This document shows, one piece after another, positions 38,347 to 46,414 of a DNA stretch of 64,000 bases. The translations under genes were made by a program, and so were the position numbers. Below the pieces are notes generated by a model. It was given only the letters and a program-made list of their open reading frames with translations, was not told the DNA's origin and made no database searches. Location of the stretch: assembly GCA_035307565.1 (NCBI GenBank), contig DATGHZ010000015.1, positions 24,616 through 88,615 on the forward strand, given 5' to 3'. Source of the stretch: a bacterium (GTDB lineage Bacteria; Sysuimicrobiota; Sysuimicrobiia; Sysuimicrobiales; Segetimicrobiaceae). Position 1 is the first letter of the stretch. Every line of letters starts with the position of its first letter.

Positions 38347-39627
38347 TCATTGTAGCATGGCGGCGGCGCGTTGGAGCGGGCGGCCGTCCATGTCCTCGAC
38401 CGGCAGGTCCAGGTGGCGGAGGACCGTGGGGGCGATGTCCACCACCGAGGTCGGCTCGCGCCGGCCGGCGCCGCGCCCAAACCCCGGACCGTCGATCATC
38501 AAGAACGGCGCCTGCTCGTAGGTGCCGAGGCCGCCGTGCTGGCCGAATCCGAGATGATCCGGTTTCCCGTCGGAGGCGCGCGCTTCGAGGCTCAGGCCCG
38601 GCACGCCGAACTCGTTGGCGCGATCTTCCGCCCGCATGGAGACGCCGAAGGCCAACCCTCCACGCGGCGCCTGCCCGACGTCGGACAGGCGATCCGGCGG
38701 GAACACCCGCCCGGCCCAGCCGCGCGACGCGAGGAACTCGCCCAACGCCGGCAGCCGTGCGGCGTGGTCAGGATGGACGTAGATGAGCGCGGCCGTCCCG
38801 CTTGAGACCGACAGAACGTCGCCCGACGATGGGCCGGTTTTGAGACCCGCCGCGATCAGTTCCGCCTCGATGTCCACGATCCCGACGACCGTCTGGTGCC
38901 CGTGGTCGGATCCAACGGCAAACAGGACATCGTCGCCGGCGTCCCGGAGGCGATCGACCGCCGCGATCACGAGACCGGCGTGGGCATCGGCCTGCCGGAG
39001 CGCCGCGAGGTGCGCCGGCGAGCCCAGCGGAAGTTCGTGTTGAAGGTGGTCGGGTTCGTGCAGCCAGAGGGTCGCCACGGCGGGCCGCCGCTCCGTGAGC
39101 ACCTCGTCGATAAATCGTGCGGTCATGGCCGCATCTCCGGCAAGCGTATCCGGCACGCGCAATTCATCGCCGGCCGGGACCGGGACGCGTCCGGGACCGA
39201 ACGACCCGGCCCGGTTGTACAAGAATCCGTGGCCGTCGGGATCGTGGGCGTAGGCCGCTCCCGGCGAGGCGTTGCTGAACGTGATGGCCCCGCCCGCCCG
39301 CGCGACGCGTTCCGCCAGCGTCGGCGCGTCAAGCGCCGTGCCGGTGATTCGCCGCTTGTGCTGAAGGAACTCCGGCCCGCCGGCATCGTGGCGGACAAAC
39401 ACGCCGTGCTCGAGCAGGGCGACGGCGTTGCCCTGAAGACCGTGCCGGGCCGGACGGCAGCCCGTCGCGAAGCTCGCGGCGACGACGCGCGTCGCGGACG
39501 GAAAGACGGAGCGGTGGGCGGTGAAGTCCTCCGCGCGTTCCCGGAACGCCGCGAGGGCCGGGGTGTGTTCGGCGCTCACAAGGTCCCGTCTGAGCCCATC
39601 GAGGATGACGATGACGGCGCGTTTCAT
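38347..39627 (-). CDS. Alkaline-phosphatase-superfamily enzyme (type I phosphodiesterase / nucleotide pyrophosphatase family)
   Basis: Starts MKRAVIVILDGLRRD (ATG 39627). FPSATRVVAASFATG, GSDHG and QHGGLG metal/nucleophile motifs. Confidence 0.75.
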   Translation of the reverse strand: MKRAVIVILDGLRRDLVSAEHTPALAAFRERAEDFTAHRSVFPSATRVVAASFATGCRPARHGLQGNAVALLEHGVFVRHDAGGPEFLQHKRRITGTALDAPTLAERVARAGGAITFSNASPGAAYAHDPDGHGFLYNRAGSFGPGRVPVPAGDELRVPDTLAGDAAMTARFIDEVLTERRPAVATLWLHEPDHLQHELPLGSPAHLAALRQADAHAGLVIAAVDRLRDAGDDVLFAVGSDHGHQTVVGIVDIEAELIAAGLKTGPSSGDVLSVSSGTAALIYVHPDHAARLPALGEFLASRGWAGRVFPPDRLSDVGQAPRGGLAFGVSMRAEDRANEFGVPGLSLEARASDGKPDHLGFGQHGGLGTYEQAPFLMIDGPGFGRGAGRREPTSVVDIAPTVLRHLDLPVEDMDGRPLQRAAAMLQ

Positions 39628-39683
39628 TGACCCGGGATATTCGACGCGTCGCCGGGTCTCCCGGTGCGGGGTCCGCGCGCCGC

Positions 39684-39715
39684 GCGTGGCCAAATTGGAC
39701 GTCGGAGGGTATAAT
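39684..39715 (+). promoter_or_regulatory. Candidate murJ promoter (TGGCCA-N17-TATAAT), start codon 10 nt after the -10
   Basis: TATAAT at 39710-39715 and ATG at 39726. No SD in between, so a leaderless or near-leaderless mRNA is inferred. Confidence 0.5.
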
Positions 39716-39725
39716 TGCCCCGGAC

Positions 39726-41351
39726 ATGACAGCGTCGAATGCGTCCGCGGCGGCCGTCGGCCCCGGCCGCGGTGAGGGAGCCGCGGCCGCGTCGACCTCG
39801 GACTCGATTGCGCGGTCGGCGGGCATCATTGCCGCCGGCACGATCGCGAGCCGCGTGCTCGGGCTCGTGCGGGACGTGCTGATCGCGGCGATGTTCGGCG
39901 CGACCTCCGCGCGGTCGGCCTTCGTCATCGCCTACTCGCTGCCGTTCTTCGCGCAGCGGCTGTTCCTCGGCGGCACACTCAGCATCGTCTTCATTCCGGC
40001 GATCACGCGCGTCCTCGTGCAGGGCGATCCCGACGAGGTCGCGCGCGTCGTGTCGAGCACGTTTACGTTCGTCCTCCTGATCGGCGCCGCGATGGTCGCC
40101 GTCGGGGTGACGGCCGCGCCGCTCCTCGTGCCGATCGCCGCGCCGGGCTACCTGCGCACCAACCCGGGCGTGCTCACGACCGCCGTCGAGTTGACGCGCG
40201 TGATGTTCGTGTCGATGGCGTTTCTCGCGCTGTCGGCGTTCGCCACCGGCTACCTGAACGCGCACCGGCGCTTCACCACGCCCGCGCTCGCCCCGGTCGT
40301 GTTCAACATCGTGATCATCGCCGCCGTCTACGTCCTCGCGCCGCGGCTCGGCATCCTGGGCGTCGCGGTGGCCTTTTTCCTCGGGTGGACGGCGCAGTTT
40401 TTCGTACAGCTGCCCGACGCCCGCGAGGCGGGGTTCCGGTGGCGGCTGTCGCTCGATCTCTCGCACCCGGCCGTCCGGGAAATGGGCCGCCTGGCGCTGC
40501 CCGCGATGCTCGGTCTGGCCGTGATCGAGATCAACTCGAACGTCGGCCGCTTCTTCGCCTCGTTCCTGCACCCGCAGCCGGGCGTCGATTACCTCGCCGC
40601 GCTCGACTACGCGTTTCAATTGGTGCAGGCGCCCGTGAGCATCTTCGCGCTGTCGATTGCCACGGCGCTCTTCCCGACCATGGTGCGCCACGCGGAGACG
40701 GATAGGCGTGCGCTGCGGGAGGCGACGTCGCTGGGGCTTCGCGGGGTGCTCTTCACGATGATGCCGGTCATGGCCTGGACTCTCGCGGCGAGCTCGCTGA
40801 TCGTGCGCGTGATTTTCCAGCGCGGCGCATTCGGCCCCGCGGCCACGGAGGCCGTCGCGGTGGCCTTCGTCGGCTACGCCGTCGGCGCCGTGCCCTATGC
40901 CGCATACTACATCGTCACGCGTACGTTCTACGCGCTCCACGACATGCGCACCCCGGTGAAGGTCGGCCTGTACATGGTGGCCCTCAACGCGCTGGGCGAT
41001 TTCGTGCTGATGCGGTGGTTCGGCGCGCTCGGCATCGCTCTGGCGACGTCGATCGTCGCCTTCACCAACGTCGGTCTGCTGATGTGGATCCTGCGGCGCC
41101 GGCTCGGCCGGCTCGACGGGAGCGCGCTTGCGTCGACGGCGGGGCGCACCGGCTTGGCCGCCCTGTGTCTGGCCGGCGTGATCGCGGCCGTACTGCGCCT
41201 CGCGGCCCACACGGTCTCGACGGGCCGCCTGAGCGGCGCCCTTATCGTGCTGCTCGTGGCGACCGGCGCGGGCTCCGCGGTCTACCTCCTGGTCTGCCGT
41301 GTACTCGGTGTCCGGGAATTACGGCTCTTGCGGTTTGGGCCGCGCAGTTGA
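39726..41351 (+). CDS. murJ: Lipid II flippase MurJ (MviN family)
   Basis: SAGIIAAGTIASRVLGLVRDVLIAAMFGA...AFVIAYSLP N-terminal signature and about 14 TM segments. No alternative in-frame start downstream of ATG 39726. Confidence 0.88.
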   Translation: MTASNASAAAVGPGRGEGAAAASTSDSIARSAGIIAAGTIASRVLGLVRDVLIAAMFGATSARSAFVIAYSLPFFAQRLFLGGTLSIVFIPAITRVLVQGDPDEVARVVSSTFTFVLLIGAAMVAVGVTAAPLLVPIAAPGYLRTNPGVLTTAVELTRVMFVSMAFLALSAFATGYLNAHRRFTTPALAPVVFNIVIIAAVYVLAPRLGILGVAVAFFLGWTAQFFVQLPDAREAGFRWRLSLDLSHPAVREMGRLALPAMLGLAVIEINSNVGRFFASFLHPQPGVDYLAALDYAFQLVQAPVSIFALSIATALFPTMVRHAETDRRALREATSLGLRGVLFTMMPVMAWTLAASSLIVRVIFQRGAFGPAATEAVAVAFVGYAVGAVPYAAYYIVTRTFYALHDMRTPVKVGLYMVALNALGDFVLMRWFGALGIALATSIVAFTNVGLLMWILRRRLGRLDGSALASTAGRTGLAALCLAGVIAAVLRLAAHTVSTGRLSGALIVLLVATGAGSAVYLLVCRVLGVRELRLLRFGPRS

Positions 41352-41377
41352 CACGGGTTTTGGGCGGATGATAGGCT
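41348..41377 (+). promoter_or_regulatory. Candidate hrcA promoter (TTGACA-N18-TAGGCT)
   Basis: Consensus -35 TTGACA at 41348-41353, then TGaTAGGCT around 41369-41377. Sits immediately upstream of CIRCE. Confidence 0.45.
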
Positions 41378-41390
41378 CGGTTCGAAGCGT

Positions 41391-41417
41391 TTAGCACTCT
41401 GAAGCGGTGAGTGCTAA
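41391..41417 (+). promoter_or_regulatory. CIRCE operator (HrcA binding site)
   Basis: TTAGCACTC-TGAAGCGGT-GAGTGCTAA, a perfect match to the TTAGCACTC-N9-GAGTGCTAA consensus. Lies about 100 nt upstream of hrcA. Confidence 0.95.
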
Positions 41418-41514
41418 TAATTTCGGCCGGCGGACTGTGCCGGGGGATGTCTGGGCCCATGCGAACGGAGCACGTTGTCGTACCGGGCGTGGGTGGGGCG
41501 GCGGAGGTCCGACG

Positions 41515-42537
41515 GTGGAGCCCATCGAGGGCCGGCGGCGCGAGATCTTGAGGATCGTGATCGACGACTACATCGCCACGGCCGAGCCGATCGGCAGCGA
41601 CGCGGTGCGGGAACGTCACGGCCTGAACGTCAGTTCGGCGACCGTCCGCAACGAAATGGCCGCGCTGGAGGAGATGGGATTTCTTAATCAGCCGCACACG
41701 TCAGCCGGCCGTGTCCCCACGGACCGCGGGTATCGTGTCTACGTCGATTCTCTCGTGACGGAAGAGCCGCTGTCGCGCGTCGAGCAGACACGGCTGCGCG
41801 AGACGCTGTTTACGCGAGACAAGCCTCAGGGCGCGATCGCGCACGTGGCCCATGCGCTCGCCGCGGGCACGGACTACGCCTCGGTGGTCGAGGCCCCGCA
41901 TTTGCAAGACCAGGTGATCCGCCACCTCCACCTGATTCCGCTGACGCCGCACCGCGCGCTCATTGTCGTCGTCACCGATGCCGGCGTCTTCGAGGGCAAA
42001 ACGGTGGAACTCGGGGCGCCGACCGCGCCGGAGGAGTGCGACCGCTTGTCGCAAGAGATCAGCCGGCGCATCGCCGGCTGGCGGCTCGGCGATCTGACGG
42101 TTCGCGCGATGGATCAGGTGATCGGCGAGGCATCCTTGTACCGCCAGGTGGTTACCGAGGTCGGCCGGCTCGTCGGCGATCAAATCACGGCCTCGTGGTC
42201 CCGCATTCACACGGACGGGCAGGCGAACATCCTGCGGCAGCCGGAGTTTCGGGACGCCCGGCGCGCCGAACCGGTGCTGTCGGCACTCGAGCGCCATGAA
42301 GTCGTCGCCGAACTGCTGCACGACGGGGGGACGGCGCCCATCAGAATCACGATCGGCGCGGAACACCGGCGCGAGGAAGTGCGCGACTGCAGTGTGGTGG
42401 CGGCCACGTACTATGTCGGCGGCCGCCCCGCGGGAGAGCTCGCGATCGTCGGACCGACGCGCATGCGGTACGGCCGCGCCATTTCCCTCGTGCGGTTCCT
42501 CGCCGATACACTCGGCGAGGCGCTCGGGCGCGTCTGA
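41515..42537 (+). CDS. hrcA: Heat-inducible transcription repressor HrcA
   Basis: RRREILRIVIDDYIATAEPIGSDAV...SSATVRNEMAALEEMGFLNQPHTSAGRVPT. GTG 41515 lies 7 nt after GGAGG. Confidence 0.92.
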   Translation: MEPIEGRRREILRIVIDDYIATAEPIGSDAVRERHGLNVSSATVRNEMAALEEMGFLNQPHTSAGRVPTDRGYRVYVDSLVTEEPLSRVEQTRLRETLFTRDKPQGAIAHVAHALAAGTDYASVVEAPHLQDQVIRHLHLIPLTPHRALIVVVTDAGVFEGKTVELGAPTAPEECDRLSQEISRRIAGWRLGDLTVRAMDQVIGEASLYRQVVTEVGRLVGDQITASWSRIHTDGQANILRQPEFRDARRAEPVLSALERHEVVAELLHDGGTAPIRITIGAEHRREEVRDCSVVAATYYVGGRPAGELAIVGPTRMRYGRAISLVRFLADTLGEALGRV

Positions 42538-42546
42538 CCATTCCCG

Positions 42547-43689
42547 ATGCCGCGGACCGATTACTACGACGTGTTGGGCATCGAGCGCCGGGCCTCTCAG
42601 GAGGAGATCAAGCGCGCGTTTCGCCAGTTGGCGCGGGAGCACCATCCCGACGTCAGTAAAGACCCGGCCGCGGCCGACCGGTTCAAGGTCATCAACGAAG
42701 CCTACCAGGTGCTCGGCGATCCGGAGCGGCGCGCGCGCTACGACCGCGGCGAACCGGTGGCCGCGTCGCGTCCCGACGGACGCGGGCCCTTTGCGGCCGG
42801 CCCCCTCGAGGATCTCTTCGACATGTTCTTCGGGCAGACGATGGGCGCCGGGATGCGGGCCGGCGAGCCGGGCCCCGAACGCGGGAGCGACCTGCGCGTC
42901 GGCCTGGCGGTCACGCTCGAGGAGGCCGCGCACGGCGCGGAACAGACCATCACGATCGTGCGCGAGGAGACCTGCTCCGTTTGCTTCGGCACCGGGGCGG
43001 AAAAGGGCAGCGCCCCGGAAACCTGTCCGACGTGCCGCGGCGGCGGCCAAGTGCGCTACGGCCGGCAAACCCCCTTCGGGTCGTTTCAGCAGATCACGAC
43101 GTGTCCGCAGTGCGGCGGGCAGGGGAAGATCATCCGGCATCCCTGCCGCGAATGCCGCGGCCGCGGCCGCGTTGACGCGAAGCGCGACATTTCGGTCATG
43201 ATCCCCGTGGGGGTCGAGGACGGCACCCGGCTGCGCTTGAGCGGAGAAGGCGAAGCGGGGATGCGCGGCGGCGGACGCGGGGACCTGTACGTGGATCTGC
43301 ATCTCGCCGAACACCGCGTCTTCACGCTCCAAGGCCGCGATCTGCACTGCCGGGTCACGGTGCCGATGGTGCACGCGGCGCTCGGCTCCTCGATCGAGGT
43401 GCCGACGCTCGACGGTCCCGCGACGCTGACGGTGCCGGCCGGCACCCAGCCCGACGCGGTCCTGCTTCTGCCGGGCAAGGGGATGCCGCGGGCGCGCGGC
43501 GGCGCGCGCGGCGACCTCGTCGTGCATGTCGGCGTCGCCATCCCGACACGGCTGACACAGGAACAGTCCGCGGCGCTCGCGGAGTTCGCCCGCCTGCAGG
43601 GCACCGGCGCCGCCCAGCCGCGCTCCCGCCGGACGGGCTCGGCGGGCCGCAAGTCCCTCTTCGGCAAACTGCGCTCGTCCGACGGCTGA
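42547..43689 (+). CDS. dnaJ: Molecular chaperone DnaJ
   Basis: J-domain DYYDVLGI...HHPD. G/F region. Four CxxCxGxG zinc-finger repeats. Confidence 0.95.
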   Translation: MPRTDYYDVLGIERRASQEEIKRAFRQLAREHHPDVSKDPAAADRFKVINEAYQVLGDPERRARYDRGEPVAASRPDGRGPFAAGPLEDLFDMFFGQTMGAGMRAGEPGPERGSDLRVGLAVTLEEAAHGAEQTITIVREETCSVCFGTGAEKGSAPETCPTCRGGGQVRYGRQTPFGSFQQITTCPQCGGQGKIIRHPCRECRGRGRVDAKRDISVMIPVGVEDGTRLRLSGEGEAGMRGGGRGDLYVDLHLAEHRVFTLQGRDLHCRVTVPMVHAALGSSIEVPTLDGPATLTVPAGTQPDAVLLLPGKGMPRARGGARGDLVVHVGVAIPTRLTQEQSAALAEFARLQGTGAAQPRSRRTGSAGRKSLFGKLRSSDG

Positions 43690-43721
43690 ACCGCGTATCC
43701 CCACGCGGCGCGCACCCGCGT

Positions 43722-44702
43722 GTGAGCGCCGGCATAACCCGCTCGTCATCCGGCCGCACAGGCGCCGAGCCGTGTTTCTGGATCGAAGTCCGCGTCGTGG
43801 TGTCCGTGGAGGCCGCCGAAGCCACCGCTGAAATCCTGCGCGATCTGCGCGGCGGCGGCTTGGTCGAGGAGCATCCCTCGCCCGGACGTGTGCAGTTTCG
43901 CTGCTACCTGCCGCCGTCGCGGGTGATGCGGGAAACTCTCGCGGCCGCGCGTGCCCGGATCCGCGGCCTCGCCGCCTACGGCCTCGATCCGGGGGCCGTC
44001 ACCGTGACGACGCGCCGTACCGGCGGGCGCCGCTGGGCCACGGCCTGGCGCGCACACGCGAAACCCGTGCGCGTCGGCCGCCTGGTCATCCGGCCCACGT
44101 GGATTCGCGCGGCGTTACGCCCGGGCGACGTCGCCGTGGCCATTGATCCGGGTATGGCGTTCGGCACGGGGTCCCACGCGAGTACGCGGCTGGCCCTGCG
44201 GGCGCTCGTCCCCGCGCTTCGGGCGCGGCCGGGGGCGGCGGTGATCGACGTCGGGACCGGCTCCGGAATCCTCGCCATCGCGGCCGCCCGGTTGGGCGCC
44301 CGGCCGGTGCAGGCGGTCGACTGCGATCCGGTCGCCGTGGCGGCGGCGCGGGCCAACGCGCGCCTGAACGGATGCGTGCGCCGCGTGCGCGTCCTCGAGG
44401 GATCGGGCTTGGGGACGATGCGCGGCCGGGCCGGCATCATCGTGGCAAACATCGTGGCGCATACGATTGTGGACCTCTTGCCGGACGCCGCGTCGCGCCT
44501 GACGGGCGGCGGGGTCTTCATCGGCTCGGGCATCGTCGCCGGCCGCACCCGCGCGGTGCTGCGGGCGGCGCGGGCGGCGGGCCTGCGCCGGCACGAGGTC
44601 TTGCGCGATGGCGATTGGCGGGCGGTGGTCCTTAGTGCGACGCCCAGATTTGGCTTGCGAGCGTCAGCAGGACGAAGAACCCGACGACGACGACCCCGGT
44701 GA
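43722..44702 (+). CDS. prmA: Ribosomal protein L11 methyltransferase
   Basis: WIEV N-terminus, IDPGMAFGTGSHASTRL, and SAM motif VIDVGTGSGILAIAA. Lies downstream of dnaJ as in Firmicutes. GTG start. Confidence 0.88.
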   Translation: MSAGITRSSSGRTGAEPCFWIEVRVVVSVEAAEATAEILRDLRGGGLVEEHPSPGRVQFRCYLPPSRVMRETLAAARARIRGLAAYGLDPGAVTVTTRRTGGRRWATAWRAHAKPVRVGRLVIRPTWIRAALRPGDVAVAIDPGMAFGTGSHASTRLALRALVPALRARPGAAVIDVGTGSGILAIAAARLGARPVQAVDCDPVAVAAARANARLNGCVRRVRVLEGSGLGTMRGRAGIIVANIVAHTIVDLLPDAASRLTGGGVFIGSGIVAGRTRAVLRAARAAGLRRHEVLRDGDWRAVVLSATPRFGLRASAGRRTRRRRPR

Positions 44703-44982
44703 TGACGAAGGCACGGCGCGGCCGGGCGATGGGCGCGGTCTCGCGCCCGCGGACGGCATGAACGACGCGGAGCGCCACGAGTGCGACGAGCGCGGCGCCG
44801 ACGAGCACGGCGGTCAATCCCCACACGCTCGCCACGACGGACAGCACAAACGCCCCAAAGCAGAGTCCCAGAATGACGATCACTCGGAGTGCCAGGTACA
44901 GAACGCGGGCCCCGGAGGACGGGGCCCGGCGGAGGCTATCGATAACGTTCATCAGCCGCTTCTTCTGTGGGGCCGCTTGCAT
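44632..44982 (-). CDS. Hypothetical small membrane protein (3 predicted TM segments)
   Basis: 116-aa ORF with GC-rich third codon positions and three hydrophobic stretches. It is the only plausible coding frame in the prmA-carA gap. It overlaps the prmA 3' end by 71 nt. The SD is weak. Confidence 0.45.
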   Translation of the reverse strand: MQAAPQKKRLMNVIDSLRRAPSSGARVLYLALRVIVILGLCFGAFVLSVVASVWGLTAVLVGAALVALVALRVVHAVRGRETAPIARPRRAFVITGVVVVGFFVLLTLASQIWASH

Positions 44983-45004
44983 TTCCTCGCCGCTTCGGTA
45001 GAAT
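44977..45004 (+). promoter_or_regulatory. Near-consensus sigma-A-type promoter P1 (TTGCAT-N16-TAGAAT)
   Basis: TTGCAT at 44977-44982 and TAGAAT at 44999-45004. Points toward carA. Its -35 overlaps the start codon of the opposite-strand membrane protein ORF. Confidence 0.55.
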
Positions 45005-45021
45005 CGATAGGTGGTACGAGC

Positions 45022-45055
45022 TACTAGTACGAGTAAAGCGCGTACTAGTACGAGT
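45022..45055. repeat. Two 13-nt direct repeats TACTAGTACGAGT spaced 21 bp, each with a palindromic TACTAGTA core; a third GGTACGAG at 45013-45020
   Basis: Copies at 45022-45034 and 45043-45055. The second is embedded in the 12-bp perfect palindrome CGTACTAGTACG (45041-45052). Confidence 0.9.
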
Positions 45056-45117
45056 GCGGACCATTAACGATCTCCGGGAGGGATCGATGGTGCGCCGGAA
45101 GGCAGCGTGCGCGGATC

Positions 45118-45146
45118 GGGGAGCCTCTTCCGGGCTCCCTTTCGTT
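45118..45146 (+). terminator. Intrinsic terminator
   Basis: GGGAGCC-ucuuccg-GGCUCCC followed by UUUCGUU. A U-tract is present only on the + strand. Confidence 0.65.
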
Positions 45147-45193
45147 ATGCCCGCCGGGCCGCGGGCATCCCGCCGGCCCCTTCGGCCCCCGCT

Positions 45194-45231
45194 ATTGTAT
45201 CTTTATGCATGAAATGGTATAATCATGCATA
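45194..45231 (+). promoter_or_regulatory. carA promoter P2 (TTGTAT-N17-TGgTATAAT) overlapped by two 18-bp ARG boxes
   Basis: -35 at 45195-45200 and -10 at 45218-45223. Boxes ATTGTATCTTTATGCATG (45194-45211) and ATGGTATAATCATGCATA (45214-45231), 2 bp apart. Both fit wnTGnATwwwwATnCAnw. A 9-bp perfect inverted repeat TATGCATGA/TCATGCATA is also present. Confidence 0.7.
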
Positions 45232-45268
45232 GTCGTTGCCACACCACCGCGGCGGCGGGAGGATAGGC

Positions 45269-46414
45269 ATGCAGGCTCGGCTCGCGCTGGAAGACGGGAC
45301 CGTGCTCGCCGGGCGCGCGATCGGCGCGCGCGGATGGGCGGGCGGTGAGGTAGTGTTCACCACCGCCATGACGGGCTATGAAGAAGTGCTGTCCGATCCA
45401 TCGTACAACGGGCAGATCGTGACGATGGCTTATCCGCTCATCGGCAACTACGGTGTGAGCGGTGAGGCGTGGGAGTCGTACCGGCCGCACGTGGAAGCGT
45501 TCGTCGTCGGCGAAGCCGCGGATCTGCCGCATCACTGGCAGGCGCAGACGACGCTCGCCGCCACCCTGGCGCGCTGGAACATTCCGGGCATCGCGGGCGT
45601 GGATACCCGGTTCCTCGTGCGCCACCTGCGGTCGCACGGCCTCAAGCGCGGCCTCGTGTCGACGGAAGACGTCCCCGACGAGACGCTCGTCGCGCGCGCG
45701 CGGGCGCTGCCGGACATCGGGACGCTCGACCTCGTGGGCGAAGTAAGCCCCCCGGCGGTCCGGCATCTCGCCGGTCCGGGGCCGCGCATCGCGCTGCTCG
45801 ACTGCGGCGTCAAGGCCGGCATCATCGAGGGGCTCCGGCGCCGGGGCTGCGACGTCTGGGTGCTCCCGCATCGGGCCACAGCCGAGCAAATCCTCGAACT
45901 CGTCCCGGCCGGCCTCGTCCTGTCGCCGGGTCCGGGCGATCCGCAGATGCTGCCGCACCAGGTCGCGCAGGTGCAGCGGCTGTGGGGCCGCGTGCCCATG
46001 TTCGGCATCTGCCTCGGCCACCAGATCATCGGCCGCGCGGCCGGTGCCGCGACGTTCAAACTGCCCTACGGTCACCGCGGCAGCAACCATCCGGTCAAAG
46101 ACCTCGTGACCGGCCGGGTGTGCGTCACGACGCAGAACCACGGCTATGCCGTGGACGAATCCTCGGTGGCCGGCACGGAACTGGCGGTGACCCACCGCAA
46201 CCTGAACGACGGGACGGTCGAGGGCCTGCGGCACCCGCGCCTGGCGATCATGACGGTCCAATACCATCCGGAGGGCCGGCCCGGCCCGCTCGATTCCTCG
46301 TATCTCTTCGACGCGTGGATGGAGATGGTCGGCGCCGCATCACCGCCGGACGGCGCGCCCCCGGCGCCGGCCGCGCCGGTGGGATCGGGGGAGGGGCGGG
46401 GCGCCGGTCCCTGA
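45269..46414 (+). CDS. carA: Carbamoyl-phosphate synthase small (glutaminase) subunit
   Basis: ATG 45269 follows [20 protein letters not shown]...[28 protein letters not shown] (catalytic Cys) and VQYHPE. Confidence 0.95.
   Translation: MQARLALEDGTVLAGRAIGARGWAGGEVVFTTAMTGYEEVLSDPSYNGQIVTMAYPLIGNYGVSGEAWESYRPHVEAFVVGEAADLPHHWQAQTTLAATLARWNIPGIAGVDTRFLVRHLRSHGLKRGLVSTEDVPDETLVARARALPDIGTLDLVGEVSPPAVRHLAGPGPRIALLDCGVKAGIIEGLRRRGCDVWVLPHRATAEQILELVPAGLVLSPGPGDPQMLPHQVAQVQRLWGRVPMFGICLGHQIIGRAAGAATFKLPYGHRGSNHPVKDLVTGRVCVTTQNHGYAVDESSVAGTELAVTHRNLNDGTVEGLRHPRLAIMTVQYHPEGRPGPLDSSYLFDAWMEMVGAASPPDGAPPAPAAPVGSGEGRGAGP

Larger units (their letters stand above)
45011..45146 (+). ncRNA. Candidate ~135-nt transcript (sRNA or terminator-containing leader) between P1 and the carA promoter
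   Basis: Bounded by P1 and an intrinsic terminator. Contains hairpin 45022-45031/45041-45050 formed by two TACTAGTACGAGT repeats. Also contains hairpin 45068-45086, which encloses GGGAGG. No family recognised. Confidence 0.4.

Noticed and set aside
41701-43749. 682-aa minus-strand ORF
   Set aside because: Antisense to hrcA and dnaJ, both securely identified.
45009-45022. AGGTGGTACGAGC as a second T-box core
   Set aside because: It resembles GGGUGGUACCGCG but lacks the CCGCG part. It sits at the predicted 5' end of the transcript with no Stem I or specifier upstream.
45068-45086. Hairpin CGAUCUC-CGGGA-GGGAUCG as a PyrR binding loop
   Set aside because: It matches UCCAGAGAGGCU only partially (UCC..GGGAGG with a one-nt deletion), and I could not identify a convincing antiterminator. 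It is left as a test to run, not a call.
44967-45212. 81-aa ORF in the carA upstream region and its nested 41-codon ORF starting at ATG 45087 behind GGGAGGG
   Set aside because: Third-position GC is much lower than in real genes here. The ORF runs through the terminator and both promoters. I considered an Arg-codon leader peptide, but the terminator lies inside the ORF rather than after it. It is kept only as a note under the leader/sRNA finding.
45469-46413. 315-codon N-terminal extension of the carB ORF; similar extensions at 28179-28754 (hemY), 27349-27762 (hemH), 4222-4623, 6781-7065, 13757-14233, 14971-15273, 17183-17923, 56665-57027
   Set aside because: These extensions overlap the preceding, well-supported genes in another frame. 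The conserved protein N-termini begin at internal starts that have SDs or stop/start overlaps.
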